Assembly (NCBI GenBank): GCA_963674665.2
Contig: CAXXPL010000011.1
Coordinates: forward strand, 80,567-144,566
Length of the DNA: 64,000 bases
Reading direction: 5' to 3'
Source: Desulfovibrionaceae bacterium
GTDB lineage: Bacteria > Desulfobacterota > Desulfovibrionia > Desulfovibrionales > Desulfovibrionaceae
Both the position numbers and the translations under genes were made by a program. Below, one piece after another: positions 28,439 to 36,112 of this stretch (position 1 is its first letter; each line of letters opens with the position of its first letter). The notes under the pieces are model-generated. The model did no database searches. It was not told the origin of the DNA and saw only the letters and a program-made list of their open reading frames with translations.

Positions 28439-29668
28439 ATGACAACTTATCAGATAACTACAAACGCAGATTGGGGAGACTATGTAAAACCTAAATTCTT
28501 GCGTTATACACCAATACACCGCTGGCTCGTCTTCCCGCATAGCTTCACGCCCGAATTAGTTGATGACCTCATTAATAAATGGGGATTAAATAGTTCTGAC
28601 AAAATCCTAGACCCATTTGTTGGAGCTGGAACGACCCTGATTGCTGCACAAAAAGCGGGAATCCCCTCTCAAGGCTATGATCTTTCGCCGTTCGCCGTAT
28701 TGGCCTCAAACGTAAAAACAGCAAACTATATAGCAAATGACTTGTGTAAGGATTGGGATACGATCAAAAGGCGCTTAAGCACTCCTTTTAAAGGCCCCCT
28801 AAAAAAAGAATACCCTGATTTAATCCGCAAAGCTTTTGCACCCAACATTCTACTTGCCCTTGAAGAGACACGGTCTCAAATCATCCAACGAACCTCAAAT
28901 AATCAGTCTAGGGCATTCTTTTTACTAGCCCTACTTGCTATCATTCCTGAAATAAGCAGGGCGGAGGCAACTGGCGGTTGGCTGAAATGGGTGGAAAAAG
29001 AACCATCCATAGATGACCTTAAAACTGCGTTCACTGACCAAGTTATGCTTATGCTTAATGACGTTCAAACTCTAAATGACAAGGAACTGGCTAAGGCGAG
29101 CTCTCAGATTACGGACGCGAGGTACCTGCCTGAAACTGACCCAACTTACTCTGCTATTATAACATCTCCACCGTATCCTAATAGGCATGACTACACACGT
29201 GTGTTCGGGGTGGAATTGATGTTTGAGTTTTTAGACTGGGGCCAAACCCGATCATTAAGATATCAAAGCATCCATTCTCATCCAGAGGCAAAGCCTATGC
29301 GCCCAGAGGTACAGGGCTATGTTCCTCCAATGGGATTACAAAAAAGTCTTGAAAAAATCGAAAAGTCGGCTCCAAAACGTATCGTCAAAATGCTAAAAGG
29401 CTATTTTCTAGATTTATTTTGCTGCTTTAAAGAAATGAACAGAGTAGCACTAAACGACGCAAAGATTGCGGTCGTACTTGGAAATGCTCAGTATTATGGT
29501 GAGCCTTTTCATGTAGACGAATATGCTGCCGAAATAGGCGAACAAGTAGGATTGGTGTGCCAAAAAATCGTAACTGCCCGAATTAGAGGAAACAGTGCTC
29601 AGCAAATGAAAAAATACGGTCGCAATCCATCTCGTGAAAGTGTGGTTATTTTTAACAATAAAAGCTGA
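28439..29668 (+). CDS. DNA methyltransferase (N6-adenine or N4-cytosine; SPPY type) with motif I preceding motif IV
   Basis: AdoMet motif I is LDPFVGAGTTLIAAQKAGIPSQGYDLSPFA near the N-terminus. Catalytic motif IV is IITSPPYPNRHDY about 185 aa later. The ATG at 28439 is preferred over the TTG at 28412. Confidence 0.8.
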   Translation: MTTYQITTNADWGDYVKPKFLRYTPIHRWLVFPHSFTPELVDDLINKWGLNSSDKILDPFVGAGTTLIAAQKAGIPSQGYDLSPFAVLASNVKTANYIANDLCKDWDTIKRRLSTPFKGPLKKEYPDLIRKAFAPNILLALEETRSQIIQRTSNNQSRAFFLLALLAIIPEISRAEATGGWLKWVEKEPSIDDLKTAFTDQVMLMLNDVQTLNDKELAKASSQITDARYLPETDPTYSAIITSPPYPNRHDYTRVFGVELMFEFLDWGQTRSLRYQSIHSHPEAKPMRPEVQGYVPPMGLQKSLEKIEKSAPKRIVKMLKGYFLDLFCCFKEMNRVALNDAKIAVVLGNAQYYGEPFHVDEYAAEIGEQVGLVCQKIVTARIRGNSAQQMKKYGRNPSRESVVIFNNKS

Positions 29669-29678
29669 AAAAAAAATT

Positions 29679-30065
29679 TTAAAGAGAAACTATCTTCTTA
29701 GAAATCATAATTGCCATATCAATAGCTCGTTTATCATAACTTAGCTTAGCGACCTCAGCTAGTTGCACTGTTATGTCAAATACAACAGAATCATTTTTTA
29801 AAGCGTGCTCATCTGCCGATGAAACGAACGCCCAAAAATTTTTCGCAAACTCAAACAACTCATCTGGCGTATTGTTTGACTTTGAAATCTCAAGAGCATC
29901 CTTAAGGTTATCATTATTTGCGTACGTATTGAGCAGATCATCTGAATTCCCTTGCAAGTACTGTCTCAGCTGAGACCATTTTGCATGAGTGTCAGGCGCA
30001 GATACGTTCACATTATGGGCCATAAACTTCCCCACAAAACCAGTACGAGTTTTAAGTTGTGCCAT
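29679..30065 (-). CDS. Hypothetical small protein (gene 5 of the island operon)
   Basis: A strong AGGAGG RBS lies 6 nt upstream of the ATG at 30065 (MAQLKTRTGFVGKF). The ATG sits inside the last codons of the upstream gene. The protein has 128 aa and no recognisable motif. Confidence 0.55.
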   Translation of the reverse strand: MAQLKTRTGFVGKFMAHNVNVSAPDTHAKWSQLRQYLQGNSDDLLNTYANNDNLKDALEISKSNNTPDELFEFAKNFWAFVSSADEHALKNDSVVFDITVQLAEVAKLSYDKRAIDMAIMISKKIVSL

Positions 30066-30840
30066 CTTTATCCTCCTGCGGGCGTTTAGCCTGCATCTTC
30101 GCAATAATCTCTTCTAATGATTGAATGTCATCCTTCAAACTTGGCGCGTCCTTCATTTCTTCCGCGATTTGAGAAAGCAACTGTACCCCAATAACCTTTG
30201 CGAGGTCCATACCGATTTCCACCTTATGTGCCCCAGGCTGAAGGCTGCTCTCTTTGTATCGTTTATAGGACTCTCCAAGAGCATTGCCCTTTTCTCCATT
30301 AACATCAATAGCTTGTAATACGCATTTCCTTGCAAACTCCCAAACATTACTATCATCAACGTTATTCATGATCTCGCTGACTAAAGGCCTAAGTTTAGTA
30401 TTTCGTATTATACCATACTGATGGTAAAGAACCGCATGAATCTTTTGGAAAAGGATCTGCAAAACTATTGATACTTTTTTATCAGCCTCACTCTGATCCG
30501 GACGATAGGAAGTTATGAGTGCAAAACCTACGCCTCCAATTAGGACTGCTAATAGATATGGGTGATCGCTAATTGAAAGTGACAAAATGTGTATTTCAAA
30601 AGTTTCTAAAACCTTGAAGGCTATGACAGCCAATGTGCCGTTGTAAACAGCGTACATATGGCAGGGCCACGACCTAAGAACTACCATCGGCTTGTCGGTA
30701 AAATCATTTATAAATAAGACTAAGCCGACAAGGCCTCCAATAAAAAAGGCAAGGCAGGGAGCAAGGAATGCTTGTACCATAGGGGCGTATACAAATGCCT
30801 GAGTGTCGGCCAAGACAGATGTAAACCAAGTGTTCATCAT
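30052..30840 (-). CDS. Hypothetical membrane protein (three or more N-terminal TM helices + soluble C-terminal domain; gene 4 of the island operon)
   Basis: 262 aa. TM segments are FLAPCLAFFIGGLVGLVLFI, MYAVYNGTLAVIAFKVL and YLLAVLIGGVGFALITSY. A GAGGG RBS is present. Confidence 0.6.
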   Translation of the reverse strand: MMNTWFTSVLADTQAFVYAPMVQAFLAPCLAFFIGGLVGLVLFINDFTDKPMVVLRSWPCHMYAVYNGTLAVIAFKVLETFEIHILSLSISDHPYLLAVLIGGVGFALITSYRPDQSEADKKVSIVLQILFQKIHAVLYHQYGIIRNTKLRPLVSEIMNNVDDSNVWEFARKCVLQAIDVNGEKGNALGESYKRYKESSLQPGAHKVEIGMDLAKVIGVQLLSQIAEEMKDAPSLKDDIQSLEEIIAKMQAKRPQEDKDGTT

Positions 30841-30880
30841 ACCCTCAAATTAGTTTGCTGCTTTCATTATACTAATCATT

Positions 30881-33136
30881 CTACTTTTGTGTTAATCGTT
30901 CAACTTCATAATCATTGCCTACTAAAGATGTAGAAAAAATTAATCGCCCTTTATACTTAGCATTTAACTTTTTATTGTAGGAAGTATCAGGCTCATTGCA
31001 GCGGAAAAAGCGTAGTTGGCCAATTCGGTAACCAGGGAAAAGTCGAATAGGATTTGGACCTGCATTATATATCTCAAAAGTTATCGCTCCATGGAATCCA
31101 GGATCTATTAAATTTGCAGTCATATGGACCTGCACTCCCAATCTGGCAAAACTACTTCGTCCTTCTATTTGTGCTGCAACACTGTTTGGGAACCCAAAAT
31201 ACTCCATCGTATGGGCCAACACGAACTGACCAGGCGCTAAAACAATTCCTGTCTTAAAATCAAGGTCTACAATAGACGAATTAGTCAAAACATTTTGAAC
31301 AGATTCTGGATTCGTAAAATCAATCACACCACTTTGGTTTGGTTGGTAAGTTTGAAAAGTCGGTCCAAGTCGAATATCAAGAGAAGCTGAACCAAGTTGG
31401 GTCTTCAAATCAATCAACGGAATTACTTTTAGCTCATCATCTTCGAGTAGTTTCTTAATTTCCCTATCCACAAGAACAGCAGGGATATATATAGAATTTT
31501 CTTCACATTTTTCTGTGTTACTTCGTACTGGCTCCTGGCTTTCTATATCGGTATTCTTGGGCTTAAGCAAAGAAACCCATTCGCTTATTTGAAGAGATCG
31601 AAGAACAGCTTGATTAAACCTTTCAAAATATGGAGCTATATTTTCTTCAAACACTTTCCATTGCTCTTTATCCTGACTATTATGCAGTACACCAATGTGG
31701 CTAAAAAACTCATTCATCACTTCATCGCACAACGCCGTATCATGAGAAACCCAGGCAGCCAGCATTATGTCATATATAGATGTTTCTACCTCTTTAGATA
31801 TATTTTCTTCTAATGAAATAGACGGAATAGGGTATCCCCCATTCAACCTGTCCACAAGCCGTTTTAAAATCTTATTGTCAAATAACTGAGCAGCCGCTTT
31901 TAGCTTTTTCACATGCTGTTTTACATTCTCCGTGCCTTTGTCATCCATCTTGAAATGATCATTAAAGAAGGATGCAAACCACATTGCTATTTCGTATGCA
32001 TCATCAAGCACCTTCTCGTTTTCATGCTTAAGCAAGTCTGACAAGGAAAAGTTCAATGGAGATACATCGTATTCAAGTGGGTAATCAAACTGCCATTGGT
32101 GATTTTCAAATATATGTTCGAGAACTAATAGACGCAAATAAAATGAAGGGTGCGTAGATGTTCCGATGTCCCGATGCCAATTTCTTTGAAGAACGAACGC
32201 GTTACGTTGAGCAAAGAGTATCGCTGGACCTGTAGCAAAATAGGCATATATATCGCACCAACATTCAGTTAACCAAGAACCTAAAACATCTTTTTTATCA
32301 GTGTTCTCTTTCGCTACTTCATTAATTCTTGAGAGTTGTCTAATAAAAGCCTTATGATATTCGTTTCGATATGGATCTTTAAAAAAAGCATCTACAATAT
32401 TTTTGTGTTCTAACAATGCCCACTTCATCACCTGATGCCCAACTTCATGGGCTAACACTGGCCAAGACAGAGGGTTTTGAGTTTCTTCTCGTGGTATGCT
32501 AATATGATATGACTCGTCATTTTCCTGGGTTAGCCCTGCGTACGCATCTGAATACACATTTCGCAAAGTTGGAATTAAGACCATGTTTTCGTATTTTTTT
32601 AACGGGTGATTCTCATAGGTAACCGTTCCGCAGTCAACACCCGAATACAGCACAAACTTTGTTTCATTCGATATTTCGCTAACTTCGTTAGAATTCTCAT
32701 TTTCAGCACTCCCCTGCTTCGATTCGCCACTCTGATCTGCAATTCCCTCTCTATTGAAAATTCTCAAAAATCTATATAGCTCTATAAGGATGTCTGGTTT
32801 AGGTAAAATAACCAACTCATCTGACAACAGAATTACTGATTCGTACAAGCTTAGCAGTTCAGTATAGAGCTTTTTTTTCTCAGAATCATCAACACACGAC
32901 TCGTATGAAGACAGCGAATAAATGAGCGCGCTAAAGATCTCCCGCAAACTCCTAATAAAATGTTTATTTTTATTTTTATGGCGGGAGTTTATATTTTTAT
33001 GCCATGTGGAGGCTGTAGACTGAAGCTGGTCAAAAAGGACCGAAATGCGTTCAAGTATTACAAATACCAGATTATAAAGAAAAGGATCATTCTTTAACAA
33101 ATGAATTCGGTTAAAAGTCATAGTCGCCACCTTCAA
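30881..33136 (-). CDS. Fusion protein: N-terminal HExxH metallopeptidase-like region + C-terminal complete dCTP deaminase (Dcd) domain (gene 3 of the island operon)
   Basis: HEVGH is encoded at 32435-32449. Residues about 553-735 parallel E. coli Dcd along its whole length. DREIKKLLEDDELKVIP matches DRDIEAWLDEGRLSINP, and SLDIRLG matches VDVRLG. GRSSFARLGVQVHMTANLIDPGFHGAITFEIYN matches [33 protein letters not shown], and the catalytic Glu is retained. The probable ATG start is at 33121; the track start at 33136 is TTG. Confidence 0.85.
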   Translation of the reverse strand: MKVATMTFNRIHLLKNDPFLYNLVFVILERISVLFDQLQSTASTWHKNINSRHKNKNKHFIRSLREIFSALIYSLSSYESCVDDSEKKKLYTELLSLYESVILLSDELVILPKPDILIELYRFLRIFNREGIADQSGESKQGSAENENSNEVSEISNETKFVLYSGVDCGTVTYENHPLKKYENMVLIPTLRNVYSDAYAGLTQENDESYHISIPREETQNPLSWPVLAHEVGHQVMKWALLEHKNIVDAFFKDPYRNEYHKAFIRQLSRINEVAKENTDKKDVLGSWLTECWCDIYAYFATGPAILFAQRNAFVLQRNWHRDIGTSTHPSFYLRLLVLEHIFENHQWQFDYPLEYDVSPLNFSLSDLLKHENEKVLDDAYEIAMWFASFFNDHFKMDDKGTENVKQHVKKLKAAAQLFDNKILKRLVDRLNGGYPIPSISLEENISKEVETSIYDIMLAAWVSHDTALCDEVMNEFFSHIGVLHNSQDKEQWKVFEENIAPYFERFNQAVLRSLQISEWVSLLKPKNTDIESQEPVRSNTEKCEENSIYIPAVLVDREIKKLLEDDELKVIPLIDLKTQLGSASLDIRLGPTFQTYQPNQSGVIDFTNPESVQNVLTNSSIVDLDFKTGIVLAPGQFVLAHTMEYFGFPNSVAAQIEGRSSFARLGVQVHMTANLIDPGFHGAITFEIYNAGPNPIRLFPGYRIGQLRFFRCNEPDTSYNKKLNAKYKGRLIFSTSLVGNDYEVERLTQK

Positions 33137-33491
33137 TAATTAAAGTTATTTTATATTGAATATAAAATATATTTTTTAACTCATCGATGGTTTTGACAGA
33201 ATCTATACCCAGTGCTGTTTTTTTGGTGAGGTAATTTACTAAATGATTTGGTGTAACAGTCCGATACCCATGAATAATCTTCAGTTCTAGCTCTCCTGAT
33301 TCATGTTTGACCATCCCGTTTACAACCGCTTCGAGAATGGATGCCAATGGGTACGAGAACATGCACCAACGAAGGTCAAGGGTCACCTGTTGAGGCAATT
33401 CATAACTATTAATTTCCGAGAGCAACTTATCAAGGTGTGGTCGACTAGTCGGACGACGATAGCCCATTTCTCTGAAACTTATTATCATCAC
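33111..33491 (-). CDS. Small STAS-like (DUF4325-like) protein (gene 2 of the island operon)
   Basis: 126 aa. VTLDLRWCMFSYPLASILEAVVNGMV resembles the v.lDf.gv...s.sfldE strand-helix of STAS-like domains. Its start (GTGATG context, 33486-33491) overlaps the stop of the upstream gene. Confidence 0.5.
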   Translation of the reverse strand: MMIISFREMGYRRPTSRPHLDKLLSEINSYELPQQVTLDLRWCMFSYPLASILEAVVNGMVKHESGELELKIIHGYRTVTPNHLVNYLTKKTALGIDSVKTIDELKNIFYIQYKITLIIEGGDYDF

Positions 33492-34546
33492 AACTGTTCC
33501 TCACATTCCAAAAAGTAATAAAATGGGGTTTTTCCAACAACTCTAAAACTTGATCGCCACACATCGTTGTACGAGGGAGGGTCTTGGTCGATTGGACTAA
33601 GAGAACTTAAGACAAGACGACTATACTGATCAAATACAGATATGTTAGTACCTATAGCAAGGCAATTGTTAACTATACTCGACATGCCGCAGCCGTAATT
33701 CTCCTCAGAATCGCTACCTGAAACCTCATCTGTCAAAGCGAGCTTATAACCATCTGCAAAGTTGCCTTTATTTTTTTTTGATGGATATGGAGCAAAAAAT
33801 TTTTCAGAAATATGCTGATATATACCTGGTCCTAGGTCTCCAACAAGAAGATTGATCTTTGTTTTAGTCTCTGTTTCGATAACATCCAACCCTAAAAGTC
33901 CATCAGCATTCGCATGATCTGCAATATTTTTAACAATTTCTTCTAGGACATGGGTTAGCTGATTACCCTTGTCTTGGTTACGCACAAAAACAGAATCAAA
34001 AACGGGATCAACATGATCAAAGAGCTTTTGAAGAATATCCCTTCTTCTTTCAGTGTATTGACTAAAATCAAGATGACATAGGGGCATAGAGTTAACCCTT
34101 CTTAAAAATGACGCATGAACTACTGGCTCTAAACGATTTTGGCAGTACTCATCGGCAAGCTCTTTTGAAAGACGAGTTTTTATAGCTTCAAAAAAACCTA
34201 GCTGTGAACACAACTTCATCATTTTGGGATCATCGTGCTCAACAACCCGTGTAACGAACGGTTCTTTATTGTCAGCATCTAGCTGCTTTTTCATATTTTT
34301 AATAATCGATCCTTGAAATAAACTGAGCTGTCCCCCAGTTGTTTCCTTCTCTTCCAACCTTTCGGGAAAACGAAGGTTAAACAGGTAGTGTAAGTTCAAT
34401 GCTGAAGCTGCAAGGCCGCAAGACTCAAAACCTTCGCACTGACTTAAATCCAAAATACAGGTATTTTTGATATCAGCCCAAGAATTCGCAAGAGGAGAAC
34501 AACCCATCTGTTCAGGCCACAAAGTCAACCGTGTGTCACGTGTCAT
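33488..34546 (-). CDS. GHKL-type ATPase (RsbW/SpoIIAB-like HATPase fold) with N-terminal STAS-like region (gene 1 of the island operon)
   Basis: 352 aa. N box is LEEIVKNIADHA, G1 is VGDLGPGI and G2 is YGCGMSSI. No H-box/DHp is seen. The N-terminus ILDLSQCEGFESCGLAASALNL is STAS-like. A GGAGG RBS is present. Confidence 0.65.
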   Translation of the reverse strand: MTRDTRLTLWPEQMGCSPLANSWADIKNTCILDLSQCEGFESCGLAASALNLHYLFNLRFPERLEEKETTGGQLSLFQGSIIKNMKKQLDADNKEPFVTRVVEHDDPKMMKLCSQLGFFEAIKTRLSKELADEYCQNRLEPVVHASFLRRVNSMPLCHLDFSQYTERRRDILQKLFDHVDPVFDSVFVRNQDKGNQLTHVLEEIVKNIADHANADGLLGLDVIETETKTKINLLVGDLGPGIYQHISEKFFAPYPSKKNKGNFADGYKLALTDEVSGSDSEENYGCGMSSIVNNCLAIGTNISVFDQYSRLVLSSLSPIDQDPPSYNDVWRSSFRVVGKTPFYYFLECEEQL

Positions 34547-35066
34547 TTTGGAGTCCCTCCTCTTCAGTGGACACGTTTTCTATGGTTCAACTCTATCAAT
34601 ATTAGAAATTTGTCTGTCTGTATTTTTTGTAGTTAGAGGGAAAAGAAATTACCTTTTCAGGCAGTTAAAAAAAGTTCAATTATTCCACAGGAAATCTCCT
34701 GGATCGTACCTGATCAGCCAAGTTCATACCTTACCTTGATCGTCAGAATCATCATTTCAAAATATTGCGGTATATTCATAAATATCTCTGCTTATGAGTC
34801 TGGTTGCAGGATATACTTTTAACTATTGAATGTGAAGATTTGAACCAGAAAAAAGGCCAGAACTCATGTCCTGACCCTTCATAGTGGTTTTATGGCTCCT
34901 GCCCTGCTACTTCAGCTTCAAGGTCGTCTCCAGGGCATCACGGCTTCCTTCTCTCCCAGGATATTCAAACCATCAGGCAACGGGCTTTCCCGTCTTATAC
35001 AAATCGGTTGCGATGAGGCGAGGTATCACATGACAGCTGGAGCGTTTCACACTGGGCATACAACGG

Positions 35067-35112
35067 AAAACCGCCCGTAGGGGCCGAGGAGGGACCCACC
35101 ACGGGCGGTTTT
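35067..35112. terminator. Possible bidirectional terminator between the island and dgoK
   Basis: AAAACCGCCCGT ... ACGGGCGGTTTT stem with a 22-nt loop and A/T runs on both sides. It lies about 75 nt downstream of the dgoK stop. Confidence 0.45.
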
Positions 35113-35184
35113 GATGAGGCTCCGGCCACAAGGCCGGTTACGACAGGTGCTATGTATCAGCGGATTATTCAAAAATCCGCTTAA

Positions 35185-36108
35185 TTACTTTTCTCCGCCA
35201 ACTTCCTGGATTCGCCCCACAAGCATTTGCATGCCGGCCAGGGACAGCTCCCCGCCGTCGTGCAGCTCATAGTCATAGCCAAAGATGTCCAGGGCCCGGG
35301 CATAGTTCTCGCCTAGGGAACCGGCAGCCACCACATGGATTTTGGCGCTGGTGTCGTACTGCTGCTTCATGTTCTCGATCTCGTCGCCGATGAGCGCGCC
35401 GGAGACCATGGACTCCACATGTTTGAGGGGCAGTTTCTTGAACAGCAAGGCCCCCCTGATGCTGAAGATGTGCGACATCAGGCAGCCGGGTGTCCGGGCG
35501 AGGCGCACGCCGCGCTCGAACGCCTGGTCCGAGGACTCCTGGGGCTGGTCCAGGCTCATGGCGATGATGGTCTTGCCGCAGATGGCCTCGAAGAAATCAC
35601 CGGTCATCACCGTGGTGAAGGAGCCGATGACATTGTCGCTGTCCACCATCAGCCACTTGCTGTGCGTGCCTGGGAGGCAGAACAGGTGGTTGCCCCTGGG
35701 CAGCTTGGAGAGCAGCCCGAAGACCTGCACCTCCTCGCCACGGATGACGTCGTAGGTGTCCCGCTCCGCGCAGTAGTAGGAGAAGCCGCCTACGATGTAC
35801 ACATCCTCCATGGAGCGCATCTTGTAGATGGAGTCGCCGATGGTGTCCGGGGAGGCGGGCAGGGGAATGTACGGCGCCTCCTCCCAGCCGTTGGCGCTGC
35901 CGACCATGCCGGCCATGAGGGTGAACCTGGACTTGTCGCGCCAGCCGTCGGTGACCTCGTTGTATGTGGACGGGTATTCACCCTTGGCCACGAACTTGAT
36001 GCCCTTGTGACTGTGCCTCGAGTCCACGACCACCCCCTCGCTGTCCAGCAGAAAGGCCCGGACATTGGAGGACCCCCAATCGATGAATATTGTATGATCT
36101 TTTTTCAT
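35185..36108 (-). CDS. dgoK: 2-dehydro-3-deoxygalactonokinase
   Basis: Start MKKDHTIFIDWGSSNVRAFLL at 36108. MAGMVGSANGWEEAPY, VIRGEEVQVFG and LPGTHSKWLMVD ... FTTVMTGDFF parallel E. coli DgoK. The N-terminal extension of the track ORF was rejected. Confidence 0.88.
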   Translation of the reverse strand: MKKDHTIFIDWGSSNVRAFLLDSEGVVVDSRHSHKGIKFVAKGEYPSTYNEVTDGWRDKSRFTLMAGMVGSANGWEEAPYIPLPASPDTIGDSIYKMRSMEDVYIVGGFSYYCAERDTYDVIRGEEVQVFGLLSKLPRGNHLFCLPGTHSKWLMVDSDNVIGSFTTVMTGDFFEAICGKTIIAMSLDQPQESSDQAFERGVRLARTPGCLMSHIFSIRGALLFKKLPLKHVESMVSGALIGDEIENMKQQYDTSAKIHVVAAGSLGENYARALDIFGYDYELHDGGELSLAGMQMLVGRIQEVGGEK

Positions 36109-36112
36109 GGGC

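Larger units (their letters stand above)
27600..34890. other. AT-rich genomic island 3' of tRNA-Asp (horizontally acquired, no integrase detected)
   Basis: By eye (not computed), composition drops abruptly relative to both flanks. The encoded proteins are Lys/Asn/Ile-rich. The borders are approximate. Confidence 0.75.

Noticed and set aside
27598-35185. 9-bp repeat CTTAATTAC at 27598-27606 and 35177-35185 as island direct repeats
   Set aside because: It is too short to exclude chance. The right copy overlaps the dgoK stop codon, about 300 nt beyond the compositional border.
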